Assembly (NCBI GenBank): GCA_951406725.2
Contig: OX597817.1
Span: 161,014,001-161,078,000 of the forward strand
Origin: Octopus vulgaris
Taxonomy: Eukaryota
Reading direction: 5' to 3'
Length of the DNA: 64,000 bases
Below the pieces are notes generated by a model. That model saw only the letters and a program-made list of their open reading frames with translations. It was not told the DNA's origin and did not search any database. Below, one piece after another: positions 12,366 through 27,546 of this stretch. Position 1 is the first letter of the stretch. Every line of letters begins with the position of its first letter. The position numbers and the translations under genes were made by a program.

Positions 12366-12983
12366 TATACAAACGACCTTGTGGATCAGCCCAGTAGTCA
12401 GTAGAGGACAGGTATACCGGTTAAAATTGCTACATTACTAGCTTCATATCATACTCTGTATTGTACTGTGTCGTGAAGGTGCATAGCTCAGTGATTAGGG
12501 CATCAGGCTCACAATCATAAGGTAATGAGTTCAATTCCAAGACCGGGCTGCATGTTGTGTTCTTGAGCAAGACATTTTATTTCACGTTACTCCAGTTCAC
12601 TCAACTGTAGAAATGTGTTGCAATGTCACTGGTGCCAAGCTTTTGCCTTTCCCTCGGACAACATTGGCAGCTTGGAGAGGAGAGTCTGGTATATATGGGC
12701 AACTTGTGCCTCAGATGGGAACAAACTTTCTAGATGCAATCCCATGTCCATTCATGACCAAAGGGAGTCTTTACCCTTTACTACTGAACAAGGCATACAA
12801 CCATGTTCTGTTCTACCTCTACTTTGCCTGATTGATCAGAAATCAGGTTCCACATTCTTACCTCACCTTGCAACAGCTAAAACTATCTCATCCATGCAAA
12901 TAGAAAAATTACATGTAAAGCAATGAGCGAAACTAATTCATTTGTATATTACACTAACAGATATATTAAGATCACTCTTTTAA

Positions 12984-13202
<219 letters not shown>

Positions 13203-13524
13203 TAAAAAACCCATGTAATTTCCGCACTTTTTTCACAAAAATAAAAATAAACTTTAGGGGATGCGTAAATTTTTTTGCTGAAAAAAGATGTACAAAACAT
13301 AAACATTTGTATTAGAAGTTGACTCATTTTATGGGCTTAAATATAATGAAGTTGACTTGTATTTATGCTGGATGGTATAATACTTACTTTTTCTGTATAA
13401 ATTTGCTAAAACAATTAAATGGTTAACTACTTCTTGAAGTCTGATGTACGTGCTGGTAATCACGGTCCAGGCCATATTTTACTCGGTTGAGTAAAGTGTC
13501 ATCCAAGCTGATGTTTATTGGTAA

Positions 13525-14047
13525 CTAGCAGCATAGCCCGGCATTGCCCGGGTATGTAAGAGCCCCTGGAGCAGACATGATGCTCGCTGTGAATTTTTAA
13601 AAAATTCCTGCCAATTTGAGAAAGATATTGTCGAAAATATGTCATCTTGAATTTGAACGCGATTTCCCAAAATGGCATGATTTTATCGATTTTTTTCTGA
13701 TGGTAAGGTATTGCATGGAAAACTAACGTCAGAATTAAGTTTCTTAGGGTAACATTAAGCTTCACCATGAGTTTGGTGAAAATCGATTGCAAGTTGCGAA
13801 AACTACAACAGAAAATGTGTTGCAAATAAAAAGCTTAGATTCTCAACCCCATGTCGAATTTATCGATTTTTATCAGAACTGGGGGAACTTTTCAAAATTT
13901 TTGCTGCATTAGTTTTGAATTATGACATTGGGCTATGTGTGTGTCAAGTTTCATCAGAATCTGTTGAAAGCCATGGTGAGGGTGAGGGTACAACCTGACA
14001 GACACATAGATACACAGACAGACAAACTGCCGTTTATATAGAGAGAA
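13525..14047 (-). mobile_element. Non-autonomous Helitron
   Basis: On - strand: 5' TC(TA)n then (TCTG)n; 3' hairpin CCCGGGCAATGCCGGG followed by CTAG|T. Confidence 0.75.
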
Positions 14048-14699
14048 GAGATTAAACTTAATTTGCAACTCCTGTGCATATTTATCAGCTTTGTTTTTGT
14101 TGATAATTCTTATCAACAACTTTTCCTGTGATCGTGGTTTGAGAAGACATACAGCAATATGCTAAAGATAGGACATAATCTCTTGTGGGCAAGAAATGTA
14201 AAATAAAGTTTATCATAAATAAGATTATCCACCATCTTTCCAACAACAACCTTGGGCACCTTTTTGAATTCCATATGACAAACACTCGCGGTCATGCTTA
14301 CTCTTTTACTTGTTTCAGTCATTTGACTGTGGCCATGCTGGAGCACTGCCTTTAGTCGAGCAAATCGACCCCAGGACTTATTCTATGTCAGCCTAGTACC
14401 TATTCTATCGGTCTCATTTGCTGAACTGCTAAGTTATTGGGGCGTAAGTACACCAGCATCAGTTGTCAAGCGATGTTGGGGGGACAAACACAGACACACA
14501 AATATATACATATATATGACGGGCTTCTTTCAATTTCCATCTACCAAATCCATTCACAAGGCTTTGGTCGGCCAGAGGCTATAGTAGAAGACACTTGCCC
14601 AAGGTGCCACGCAGTGGGACTGAACCCAGAACCATGTGCTTTTACGTATCTCCAGTCCAGGGGTCCTGGCATCTGCCGGGTGCCAGTCATAGGATAAAA

Positions 14700-14850
14700 T
14701 TAAAAAACAACACAGCACCTATGACTTTCAGAACATTTTTCCATGCTCAGAATTGCTGAAGCATGGAATAAACTACCTGCATCAGTTGTTAGCTGTCGTG
14801 ATACTACATCCTTCAAAACTTCCATGCTTCCTGAAATCCGCCAACTGTAC
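14700..14850 (+). mobile_element. CR1/L2-type LINE 3' fragment
   Basis: LRIAEAWNKLPASVVSCRDTTSFK matches the CR1/L2 C-terminal R...WN.LP..VV.....FK motif. Confidence 0.7.
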
Positions 14851-16110
14851 ACCAGATGGCATTTTTTTTTTAGTTGTTGTGCACCTGAGCACTGTATACA
14901 ATTTCCTTCATTATATCATATATACATGCTCACAATTTGTAAAATAATACTTCAGTGATTTCCAGTTACACAGAGACACACAAACACAGTCTCATACAGG
15001 TACATGCATGTGCGCGCACACAAATACACACAATCTCATACAGTCACGCATACACACACAAACACTTAAATGCACAGCCTCATACAGTTACATGCACGCA
15101 GACACACACACAATTAGCGTTGTATTTTTCATTTATTTATTTTTATTATTGGAATGCTAACGGCGAGGGAGGAGGAGAGTATACCGAGTGGCTAAAGGAG
15201 ACTGCCATTGTCAGTCTCGTAAGGAAGAAGGAGGGTATACCAAGGGAGTAAAAATAGACTGACATGTGTCAGTCCTGCAAAACCGATTTTATCTATATAG
15301 ACAACACCAACACTTTGTAATTTAATAGCTTTTAATGTGATGCCTGTTAAATTGTTTTTATTTAATGAAAATTTAATAAAAAATCTAATCACAAGTAAGT
15401 GAAAATATGCTAAATACAACTAAATTGAATACAACTAAATTGGAAACATTTTCCCCCTTGCCATATCGGCAATTCTGAAAACTTTTGGGTGTGAATTTTA
15501 CATGAGTAGAAGCTTTTTTTAACAATTTTTATCCTGAAAATTACCTGTGTAAATCATACAGGTGCGCAATTTACATGGGTTATTTTTACAGTAATTGACC
15601 GCATGTAAGATCTTCACTATATTCTGTGGGGTCACTGTTAATGTGATTGGATTATTATTATTATTATTGTAAATTAGCTTTGTATTTTAATCATCTCTCT
15701 TTCTTCCCCCTCCCCCTCTCTCAATAATGAGATAACATAAACATTTTTGTACTCTTTATTTACTGTATATTATTATCACCAGTTGAGTACTGGGGTTGAT
15801 GTAATCAGTTTACCCCCTCCCCCGAAATTGCTGGCCTTTTGCCACAATTTGAAATTATTGTTGTTGTTATTATTAAAATGGCAAGTTGGCACAGTCGTTA
15901 GCATTCAATGCCCATGTTTCACTCCTTCCATCCAGCTGTAGAAATCATGCCAAAACAGACCTTGGACCTCACCACAGTCCTTTAGCCTGTCAGTTCCTAT
16001 CAAACCATCTAACCCATGCCAGCATGGAATACAAATGCTATATGATGATGATGATGATGATATATCTTTAAACTTAAACACTTCATTGACCTTGTTTATT
16101 GTTTTTCTAG

Positions 16111-16237
16111 CCCGGTGACCAAGCGAAGGCCGTAGTGGCTCAAGCAGTTCGTCAGTTGCCCCTGTCTGTCAGACTTTTCATTAAGGCTTCAGATCTGGAA
16201 ACTGAATTAAAAGCTAAGAAGAGAGTTTTTAGGAAAG
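16111..16237 (+). CDS. PRPF6: PRPF6 exon ([42 protein letters not shown])
   Basis: ttctAG / GTACTT; conserved translation. Confidence 0.96.
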
Positions 16238-16295
16238 GTACTTGTTTACATTTCTGTTCTTCTGTTTCATTTATGTCTATTGTTTTTGTTATGTT

Positions 16296-16660
16296 TTTTA
16301 CCTCTGCCTTCGCTAAGGCAGAGGTATTGTTTTCAGTTGTGTTTGTATTTGTTTGTCCATGGGCAAGATATCTCAAGACCCACTGGATGGATACAAATGA
16401 AACTTTTAGGGATGTTTGACCTCGTGACTGGCACGAATTGGTTAGATTTTGGGATCAATCTGGTACTGTATAAGGATTCTGGATTATTTTTCCTGTTTTT
16501 TTATTTAATTTTTGAAGGCAGTCGGGTTCATTTTTAATATTCTCGTTTGTGGGAGCTGTCAAGTTTATTTCAGATATCCACATTTTAAAAAATCATCTCT
16601 GGTTAATCATTGAGAGGACATTGGTGTTGCCTTGGTGGAGGTTTGCGCTCTCTGAGTACT
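16296..16660 (+). mobile_element. Helentron-associated (HINE/DINE-like) element
   Basis: Subterminal inverted motifs ACCTCTGCC...AAGG / CCTTGGTGGAGGT, (GTTT)-like microsatellite, short 3' hairpin, T-rich flanks. Confidence 0.55.
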
Positions 16661-18688
16661 TTTGTATATTTGTATCAATGTTTATGGCCATATCACATTG
16701 AAAACATCAGTTCTCACTGGATCACCAGAGTTTAGTGACATTGAGCCTAGTTAGTACTGAGATGGAGAGTGCTTGAGAAACATCGTTGCTGGAAACAAAA
16801 GGTGATGAGCTGGCAAAATAATTTGCACATTGATAGAAATGCTGAATAGCATTTCTTCCACTCTTTATGTACTCAGTTCAAATTCTGCCAAGGCTAACTT
16901 TGCCTTTCACCTTTTTGAGGATGGGGAGGTGGGGTGGGAGCAATAAAATAAAATACCAGTCACCTACTGGGGGTAGTTGGGGGAGCAACTTAGCCCTCCC
17001 TTCAAAGTTGCTGATCTTCTGCTAAAATTAGAAAGAGTTATTTTTTATGATTGACAGGATGATGATGTGGTGGAAGCAACAAAGTGTTAAATGAAATTAC
17101 CTTGCTGTATTTATTTACATACTTCTCTGTCATCATCATCATCATCTTTTAACGTCCGCTTTCCATGCTAGCATGCGTTGGATGATTTGACTGAGGGCTG
17201 GCGAACCAGATGGCTGCACCAGGCTCCAATCTAATCTGGCAGAGTTTCTGCAGCTGGATGCCCTTCCTAATGCCAACCACTTCGAGAGTGTAGTGGGTGC
17301 TTTATCTGTTCAAATCTTACCAGGGCCAATAAAATGAATACCAGTAATATACTGGAATTGATTCAGTTGACTGTATCCTTTCCTAACAATCTGTAACATT
17401 GGTTACTACATAAGATAACATTTTTTTGGTGTGGATGTTTCACCAGAGATCTAGCAGATTTATGATCAAAGATGTTCCAACTGCTACCATTCCACCCTTT
17501 ATTTTTTTCAAACATAATGTATCTTTTTTTTCAGTTGGTAGGGTTTGATTTAGGTGGATTTTGGCTGCAATTTCTAATAGACTAAGCAAGTGTGTGATCA
17601 GATAGCAGAGGCAGCAATCCACAGCTCTTAGAATGTCACAGTTCTTAGATGTCACCGTTCTTAGAAAGTTTATCTAATTCTGACCAAACTTGATATGGTT
17701 CTTATTTTTTTATTGCCCACAAGGAGCTAAATATAGAGGGGACAAACAAGGACAGACAAAGGGATTAAGTCGATTACATCGACCCTAGTTCGTTACTGGT
17801 ACTTATTCAATTGACCCCGAAAGGATGAAAGGCAAAGTCGACCTCAGCAGAATTTGAACTCAGAACGTAGCGGCAGACAAAATACCGCTAAGCATTTTGC
17901 TCGGTATGCTAACATTTCTGCCAGCTCACCGCCTTAACTATATATATAGGGCTATAGAACTTGATATGGTTCTATTGGCCCTTTAGCATTTAAACCTGAC
18001 CCAAATATTCTACCTTTTTAATGTTCAAACTGGAAAGACCTGGTCTCTCACACCTACCCGACATTGCCATTCTAAAAATAAACATTCACAGGGAAATTTT
18101 GAAGCTGCAGTACAATGCAAAATAAAACCATTCCCACCTAAATACAATTGTAAATATCATGAAATTTTCAACAGCACATGTTTTTTTTTTTTATTTACCT
18201 TTGGAGTGGAGATTGATATTCTTGTAATTACCAATATGGCTTCAATAAGTTAATGGTTCTGACCTGGAAGACTTAGGGAGCATTGAACAAAAACAAGAGA
18301 AAAGAATGTAACCTTGACATGTCTTCAAATGAATCAGATATGTTTCTGAAGAGTATTTTGTTGGTGAAAGCAAGGATCTTCTGAGCACATCTTAAAACAT
18401 TATGCTGACATGATCAAACAATACAGCACCTGTACATATCTCAGATTTTATTGAAAATACCTAATTGTAAATCATTGGTATTTAAACACCTGCTTACAAA
18501 ATTTTTTGATGACTGCATATAAAAAGTCAACAAAATTACAAACAGACATTTTTGATACCCTTCTTAACTATGATTAATTGAAAACAGTGTGAATAAGTAA
18601 GCATTAGGGTTAATGCTAAAGGGTTTAAATCTCTTTCAGAATCAACTGCAGTAATGTATTATTGCTTTTGTATGTTAGCTAAACATTA

Positions 18689-19525
18689 TCTATTATATAA
18701 AATCTGTTCTGTCTGTCTGTGTGTGTGTCTTCTAGGATCTTGGGCATCTGCCATCTGATTGCACTCAAATTTGATATGTAGATACTGACGGCGAGCTGGC
18801 AGAAGCGTTAGCACCCCGGGCGAAATGCGTAGCCGTATTTCGTCTGCCGTTACGTTCTGAGTTCAAATTCCGCCAAGGTCGACTTTGCCTTTCATCCTTT
18901 CGGGGTCGATAAATTAAGTACCAGTTACGCACTGGGGTCGATGTAATCGACTTAATCCGTTTGTCTCCTCTGTGTTTAGCCCCTTGTGGGTAGTAAAGAA
19001 ATAGGTATCAGGGTGTGTATAAGTCTTGAAAAAATTACAAAAATCGATTCCAGGTGAGAATGCAATCGATAAAGCCGTGGGAATGTGCATTTGTATGTGC
19101 AAGTACATCAGCTGTTGCGATCGATACTACGCGTACGCAAGTTAAATGCATGTGCAGTTTGTGCAAAAAAAGCCAGCTAGCTTGAAATAATGCCACAAAA
19201 TGCAGTATATTTAAGAGACCAAAAAAGTAAGATGCAAAAGAGATATTTTCTTCAAACTTGGCATGAAGGAAGGAAAGGCTATTTGGTTTCTCAAGAAGTT
19301 TCTTTTTTTGCCTTAACTTCGTTTAACAAAACCAAAAATTTTATTGAAATAAAGGCATGCTTAATTATTTTTTAATGGAAAGAAAACACTGATTGCTTTT
19401 TATTCAGCAGATTATGATTCGGCACCGTCCATTGGACGGTGGGGGGGGAGCGGTTTGCTCATTAGAGAATAGAAAGGCAAATTTGTGGCATTCATGCTTT
19501 GCCCAAGGTCATCAGAAATTACTAG
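18689..19525 (+). mobile_element. Helitron-like element with nested SINE B
   Basis: A|TCTATTATATAAAATCTG(TCTG)n start; CTAG end; 3' hairpin degenerate. Confidence 0.5.
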
Positions 19526-19640
19526 ATTGTTACCATAAAATGCAAACTAAACCAGTAATCTGCCGATACGGCACTGTAAATATATATCTGCAACCAAGTT
19601 TTGCTTTATCTAATGACTCTTTTATTCTTTTGTATTTCAG

Positions 19641-19759
19641 CTTTGGAACAAATTCCAAATTCTGTCCGTCTTTGGAAGGCTGCAGTGGAGCTTGAAGATG
19701 TTGATGATGCACGTATTATGTTGAGTCGAGCTGTTGAATGTTGCCCCACCAGCGTTGAA
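19641..19759 (+). CDS. PRPF6: PRPF6 exon ([39 protein letters not shown])
   Basis: ttcAG / GTAAGT; conserved translation. Confidence 0.97.
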
Positions 19760-20689
19760 GTAAGTTTTTGTAGTACAATTTATAGCTAGGAGACTGGACT
19801 AGTGTAAGAATACCTTGGCTATGTTCAATTTCAAATCCCGTGCCATGTTGGCATGTGAGCTACTGACCTCATGATTGCATCCTCATCATTTAACATCCGT
19901 TGTCCATGCTGGCATGTGTTGGATGGTGTGACTGGGCTGGTAAATTGGAACGCTGCACCAGACTCCAGTCTGATTTGGCATGGTTTTCTACAGCTGGATG
20001 CCCTTCTTAATGTCAACCACTCTAAGGGTGCAATGGGTGCTTTTACATGTCACTGGTATAGAGCCATTTGTGGGACACCAGTATCTGCCATGACTGCAAT
20101 TTTGCTTGGCTTGATGGGTCTTCTCAAGCACGACACAATGTCATGGATCATTGCCTCTGTGAGGCCCAACACTCGCAAGGAAAGGCCCAAAATATTCCAT
20201 TCCTAGCCTCATCTCTTACATGATCCATATTCCTAATCTATTTAACGTGTGTGTACGTGCATGCTGGCATGGCTATGTGATAAGAAATTTACTTCCTAAC
20301 CACATGGTTTCAAGTTCATTCTCATTGTATAGCACCTTGAGCAAGTGTCTTCTGCTACAGCCCTCGGCCAACCAAGATCTTGTGAGTGGATTTGGTAGTC
20401 AAAAACTGAAAGAATCATGTTATATATGTGTGTGTGTGTGTGTGTTACTGTCTCTTTGCCTTGACTTCATGTGGCAGTTGTAAGTGGATGTCACTGTCAT
20501 GCAGGCAGTATCCTTCATTTCCAATCTTCCATGAAAATATGTTTGGTCATGGCGAAATATCACCTTGTGCAGAAACAGGTGAGGATTGGCAACAGGAAGG
20601 GCATCCAGCTGTAAACAATCCGCCTCATCTACATCTGTCTTGCCTATACAAGCATAGACGAAGGGATGTTAAAACGACGATGATCTTAT

Positions 20690-21745
20690 ATGAGGTGCAT
20701 TTAAAAAGTATCTGACTTATTTTTTTCCCTACAAAAATTAATGCTGCATGGACAAAATCATTTGAGTGAGAAGTGACATCACCTTTCCCACACTTGCATG
20801 AAAATTTTCATGCCGGGAGGCCATGTCAGTTCCCAGCTGTTATGCCTGGAGTAACAGACAAGTAGTGCACACTCATCAGATTTTTGTTTTCAATGAACAT
20901 ACTGAGCAGAGATATTGCATCAAGTTTTGCCAAAAGCTTCATGATACCCAAGCTCAAATCATCCAAGGGATTCATCAGGCTTTTGGCAATGATGTCATGG
21001 GCTAAACTCAGATCAAGGAGTAGTACAATGGCTTCAAACATAGCTACACCTCAGTAGTGAGTGAGGCATGCTTAGGCAGGCCATCTACAAGCGGAAACAA
21101 AGAGCCAATTGAGAAGGCTCAGCAAATAGACATAGAAGACCATTGTGTAACAATCCAGGAAATGTCTAAGGAAGTGGGAATAAGCACAGGATCAGTGCAT
21201 TCCATTTTAACAGAGGATTTGTGCATGCAGAGTTGTTGTCGTTGTTTGTTTCTTCTCAAGCGACGCCTGGCTCATAAGGGTCGGTTTCCCGGTTTCCTTG
21301 GCATATAGGTTCCCCACCTGGACGGGACGCCAGTCCGTTGCAGGTGAGCTGCAAGATGCAGGAGGAAAGAGTGAGAGAAAGTTGTGGCGAAAGAGTCAGC
21401 AGAAGTTTGCCGTTACCTTCCGCTGGAGCCACGTGGAGCTTAGGTGCTTCACTCACAAACACACACATTGCCCGGTCTGAGATTCGAACCTGCGATCCCT
21501 CGACTGTGAGTCCACTGCTCTAACCACTAGGCCATGTGCCTCCACATGCATGCAGAGAGTGTCGGTGAAATTCATTCCCAAGGTGTTGGTGGAGCCGCAG
21601 AAGCAACTCCACATGGAAATTGCTTAGATGTTGGACTGTGCAAACAACATCCAGACTCCATGAAGACCATTATCACTGGTGATGAGACACAGGCTTATGG
21701 TCTCTGCTCAAAGCATTCCGTCATCTTGAATGAAAGCAAAAATTA
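20690..21745 (+). mobile_element. Degraded mariner transposon (5' part) interrupted by a SINE
   Basis: TATGAGGTGCATTTAAAAAGT terminus; EQRYCIKFC, GRPSTS, EVGISTGSVHSILTEDL, IITGDET motifs. Confidence 0.8.
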
Positions 21746-22105
21746 AATTAGCATATGCTACACGTTTTTACTATACACAGAATACAAGTGCTTTTTAGCT
21801 AGCACTAGCACTTGACTCTTTATACCAATCCACCTGAGATCACTCCTGGTTCAGTGTTACCAATCTTCATGCTTTACAAAGTAATCTGTTTTAAAACCAT
21901 TCTTCAAACTACCATATTGATTTATGTTTCAGACACCAGACTAATATTGACAAAGTTATTTTACCCAATTCATTCCTAATTTCAAAATTAATTGAAATAA
22001 AGCCAGTAATGGCAGAAAGATGGTAACATGTTTGATTGCATATTAAACTGAAATTCACTCTCATCTAAATTCTTTGATGAAGTCTGATTTATTTCAATTT
22101 GCTAG

Positions 22106-22268
22106 CTGTGGTTGGCTCTCGCTCGGCTGGAAACTTATGAGAATGCCCGTAAAGTGTTGAATAAAGCACGTGAAAATATCCCAACGGACAGACAAATCTG
22201 GATTACTGCAGCAAAACTAGAAGAAGCCCAGGGGAATGAACACATGGTGGAGAAAATTGTTGACAGAG
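22106..22268 (+). CDS. PRPF6: PRPF6 exon ([54 protein letters not shown])
   Basis: gctAG / GTTTGT; conserved translation. Confidence 0.97.
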
Positions 22269-22285
22269 GTTTGTTAGAGTTTATC

Positions 22286-22323
<38 letters not shown>

Positions 22324-23256
22324 GGTGCTGAGCTGGCAGAAATGCTTAGTGGTATTTCGTCTGTCTTTATGTTCTGAGTTCAAATTCCGCCAAGGTCAAC
22401 TTTGCCTTTCATCCTTTCAGGTTTGATAAATTAAGCACCAGTTGAGTACTGGGGGTCGATGTAATCAACTTTCTCCCTCCCCACAATTTCAGACCTTGTG
22501 CCTATAGTAGAAAGGATTAGTATTGTTGTTATTAAGGTGGTGAGCTGGCAGAATCGTTAGCATACCAGGTGAAATGCATTTCATCTGTCTTTGTGTTCTG
22601 AGTTCAAATTCCACCTAGGTTGACTTTGCTTTTCATCCATTCAGGGTTGATAAAATAAGTACCAGTTGAACACTGGGGTCAATGTAATCAATTCATCCCC
22701 TCCTCCCTAAAATTGCTGCCCTTGTGGCAAAATTTGAAACCATTATTATTATTATTAAGGTAACGAGCTGGCAAAATTGTTTGCATGCCAGGTGAAATGC
22801 TTAGCAATATTTCATCTGCCATTACATACTGAGTTCAAATTCTACTGAGATCGACTTTGCCTTTTATCCTATCAGGGTCGATAAATTAAGTACCAGTTAC
22901 GCACTGGGGTCGATGTAATCGACTTAATCCTTTGTCTGTCCTTGTTTGTCACCCCTATGTTTAGCCCCTTGTGGGCAATAAAGAAATAAGAAATATATAT
23001 ATATATATATAAATGTAAGGATGCATGTGTGGCTGTGTTTTGCCAACTGCATGGTCCTAGGTTCAGTTCCACTGCATGATACCTTGAGCAACCGAAGCAT
23101 TGTGAGTGAATCTGTAGATAGAAACTTGTGTGTGTATTAGTTAAGATAGCTGTCACATGGACCATATCAACACTACTTTTGCATGAAAGAGCATCTTTTA
23201 CTCTCAGTTGCCCTTTGTATTATGTTGCACTTCAACTGAACATCTTCGTCTTTCAG

Positions 23257-23365
23257 CACTTCACTCCCTGAAAGCCAACATGGTGGAGATCAACAGAGAA
23301 CAGTGGATCAAAGATGCTGAGGACTGTGAGAAGGCCAACAGCATCCACACATGTCAGGCAATTGT
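23257..23365 (+). CDS. PRPF6: PRPF6 exon ([35 protein letters not shown])
   Basis: ttcAG / GTATGT; VEINREQWI motif. Confidence 0.95.
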
Positions 23366-24025
23366 GTATGTATCATTTGAAGCACATTTTCTTATTGATG
23401 TTATTGATGATGATGATTATTATTATTACTATTATTATTATTATTGCTATCATTATTATTATTATTACTATTATTATTACTATTATTATTATTACTATTA
23501 TTATTATTATTACTATTATTATTGAGTGAGAGAGCAGTTCATGCCATCAAAGTGACACTGGGGTAAAATATACGAAGCCCAATATACCCATCATGACTAC
23601 CCGTCTGATAAGGGTACACCAGGCACATGCATCACAACCATATGTGCGCGACATGGTGATCTCATATCAAGATAAACAGCACATGACCTTGCAGGTGGGG
23701 CCCAGTTAGGATTTTCTTCAGGTTGAGTAGCCCATCCCACTCAAAAGGTCCCTGAATAAGGGTTGTTTAAGGATGTTGAAAGAACCACCCATGTTTCCAG
23801 AGGTGAATTATTCAAACCCCAAAGAATCCTTCTCAACACATGGCTATGATGCTCCCCCACTGCTTCTGCTCATGATCAGAGATACAAATATCGTCAGCCA
23901 CTAAGGGACATGCTCAACTGGTTAAGGTCAAACAACTGACAAACAAATCTGTGGTATTGAGCAGAATATTTTCTGTAGCCCATCTTTTATACCAAGACAA
24001 AACAATGTACATAATAACACTTCCA

Positions 24026-24206
24026 ATTATTATTATTATTATTACTATTACAATTATTATTATTATTACTATTACTATTATTATTACTATCATTATTATT
24101 ACTATTATTATTATTATTATTATTATTACTATTATTATTATTACAATTATTATTATTACTATTATTACTATTACTATTATTACTATCATTATTATTATTA
24201 TTATTA
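24026..24206 (+). repeat. (ATT/ACT)n microsatellite (another at 23416-23523)
   Basis: Direct reading. Confidence 0.95.
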
Positions 24207-24299
24207 GTTCTGGTTGTCTGTGATCAAGCAGGCCCATAGCTATGACTTGGTAATCATGTTATCAGTTGATGGCTTCAAACAACCTGTTTTATATTCCAG

Positions 24300-24369
24300 C
24301 CGTGCTGTGATTGGAGTCAATGTTGAGGAAGAGGACAGAAAACACACATGGATGGAAGATGCTGAGTCA
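24300..24369 (+). CDS. PRPF6: PRPF6 exon (RAVIGVNVEEEDRKHTWMEDAES)
   Basis: tccAG / GTGAGT; EEEDRKHTWMEDA motif. Confidence 0.96.
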
Positions 24370-25795
24370 GTGAGTAGTTTTCACTACAGGACAGTAATGA
24401 TGATAAAAATGGTGGCAGAGCAGTATATGTTGTAAATACCATATTTGATGGCATGAAAGACACACTGGTATATTAAGGAGTACCGCAATCTCAGCAGAAC
24501 ATAGTCAAGAAAAAATGCTTTTTATGCATTAAGATTTATAGGAAGTTCAGCTTCACACATAGAACCCAGCATGATTTTTGAGACTTTTTTTTAAATAGTG
24601 TGTCTTTTATGCCATCTAATAAGATACTCAGTTAAGGATGGTGAAGAAACATTGCTGATGGTATACTAAAGCAAGCAGTTGGTAATATTTACTGTTTGTA
24701 TGTTTGGTACATTAAGTATCTAAAACAGTTCTATATCGAAATCGAAATTGAACCAATCCTATGACTGGCACCCGGCAGATGCCAGGATCCCTGGACTGGT
24801 GGTACATAAAAAGCACTATCTGGCTCGTGGCCGATGCCAGCGCCGCCTCGACTGGCCTCCGTGCCGGTGGCACGTAAATTGCACCAATCCGACCGTGGCC
24901 GTTGCCAGCCTTGCCTGGCACCTGTGCGGGTGGCACGTAAAAAGCACCCACTACACTCACGGAGTGGTTGGCGTTAGGAAGGGCATCCAGCTGTAGAAAC
25001 ATTGCCAGATAAGACTGGAGCCTGGTGCAGCCTTCTGGCTTCCCAGATCCCCGGTCGAACCGTCCAACCCATGCTAGCATGGAGAACGGACGTTAAACGA
25101 TGATGATGATGATGATTTAAGAGATGAGGAATTATGTACATTGTTTACATTTGATGACTGGCTTCTGTGCCGGTGGCACATAAAAAGCACCATTCAAACA
25201 TGATCGTTACCAGCGTCGCCTTACTGGCACGTGAAAAACATTCGAGCAAGGTTGTTGCAGTGCCGCTGGACTGGCTCCTGTGCAGGTGGCATGTAAAAAA
25301 CACCACTTGAGTGTGGTCATTGCTAGTACCACCTGACTGGCCTTCATGCCAGTGGCACGTAAAAGCACCCACTACACTCTCGGAGTGGTTGGCGTTAGGA
25401 AGGGCATCCAGCTGTAGAAACTCTGCCAGATCAGATTGGAGCCTTGTGCAGCCATCTGGTTCACTAGTCCTCAGTCAAATCGTTCAACCCAAGCCTGTAT
25501 GGAAAACATGTTAAACGATGATGATGATGAGGATGATACACACATGCATCCACATATCTGCATGTGTATCTGTGTGTTTGCATTCCACTAAAAACCCTTC
25601 AAGACAGTGCCCCAGCATGACCGCTATCCAATGATTGAAACAAGCAAAAGATAAAAGATAAATTTTATTAAAAAACATAAACTAAATACTACTGCATGAT
25701 TGTTTTGGGTCAAGAAATTAAAAAAGCTAATGACTTAGTAAAACACTGGTTTTCTTCTTTTTTTAACCTTTCTCTCTTTCATTCTTTCCATCCAG

Positions 25796-25917
25796 TGTGC
25801 ATTACATAACGCATATGAGTGTGCCAGAGCTATCTATTCCCATGCTTTGGCTGTGTTCCCCAGTAAGAAAAGTATCTGGCTAAGAGCAGCATATTTTGAG
25901 AAGAACCATGGTTCAAG
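25796..25917 (+). CDS. PRPF6: PRPF6 exon ([40 protein letters not shown])
   Basis: tccAG / GTAAAT; conserved translation (not in the ORF track). Confidence 0.96.
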
Positions 25918-27297
25918 GTAAATATTTTTTCACAATCATTCAATTCTGTAATTTACTCTGTGTGCAGGCTGGAGAGCAGGAATGGCTATACCTTCACTCA
26001 TAGCTTGGACGAATATGTTATTTGAGCTGTTGCGTGTGTAGGCGTAGGAGTGGCTATGTGGTAAGTAGCTTGCTTACCCACCACATGGTTCCAGGTTCAG
26101 TCCCACTTCATGGCACCTTGGGCAAGTGTTTTCTACTATAGCCTCAGGCCGACCAAAGCCTTGAGTAGATTTGGTAGACGGAAACTAAAAGAAGCCTGTC
26201 ATATATATGTATATATATGTGTGTCTGTGTTTGTCCCCCCAACATCGCTTGACAACCGATGCTGGTGTGTTTATGTCCCCGTAACTTAGCGATTCGGCAA
26301 AAGAGACTGATAGAATAAGTACTAGGCTTACAAAGAATAAGTCCATGGCTCGACTAAAGGCAGTGCTCCAGCATGGCCACAGTCAAATGACTGAAACAAG
26401 TAAAAGAGTAAAGAGAGAGTGTTGTTTTACAGGTAGATGTCTTTCCTGTTGGCAATCCTTACCTGTTTTCCAAGTAAGGGATCTCTTATTCTACATGGCT
26501 TCAAAGATGCAAAGTGACTAAACAATTTGTTGACAAGAGAGGCTTACAAAAAAACTGCCCACTGCACTTTCATGCAAGTTGTCTCAGATGTAAACAAACA
26601 TATCCACATGCACACACACACACGCAATATTTTCTTTCAGTTCCTTTCTACAAAATTCACTCATAGAGTAATGGTCGACCCAGAGCTATAGTAGAAGACA
26701 CTTGCCTAAGGTGTCACACAGTGGGACTGAATCCAAAACCACTTGGTTACAAAGCAATCTTCTTAACCACACAGCCATGCTTATGCCTTTGTGTGTATGT
26801 ATGTGTGTGTGTGTGTGTTTATTTTCTTTATTCTGTTTTCCTTTTTAAGTATTCAGATCTTGGAAGACCCTTTCATTTCTCTCCTGCCGGTTGCTGGTAT
26901 GGAGAATAATGACCTATAAGTTTGTCTGGGCTATAAAGGGCCCAGAAATTCCCTACGACAGGAGCTCGGATTTGAATTCAAAATGTGCAAAGCAGAAGCA
27001 AATGCTGCTAGGTATCTTGTTTGATAATGTAGGCTTCCTTCAGTTTCCATCAAATTCACTCTCAGGGCATTAGGTGGCCCAGGGTTATAGAAGAAGACAC
27101 TTGTCCAAACCTAAAACTATGTGGTTGCAAAGCAAATTTCTTAATAATTCAACCATGCTTATCTTTGTGTGTGTGTGTGTGCATGTGTGCACGCACATGC
27201 ACATGTGTGCATATGTATGTATCCCTATTTTCCTAGTGTGTATGTGTATTGTACTAATCCATATACATCCCTACAGCTACAGTATAACATCAGTTAA

Positions 27298-27546
<249 letters not shown>

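Noticed and set aside
23366-24237. Poly-Tyr and poly-Ile ORF extensions
   Set aside because: Read-through into (ATT)n intronic microsatellites beyond the true donor at 23366.
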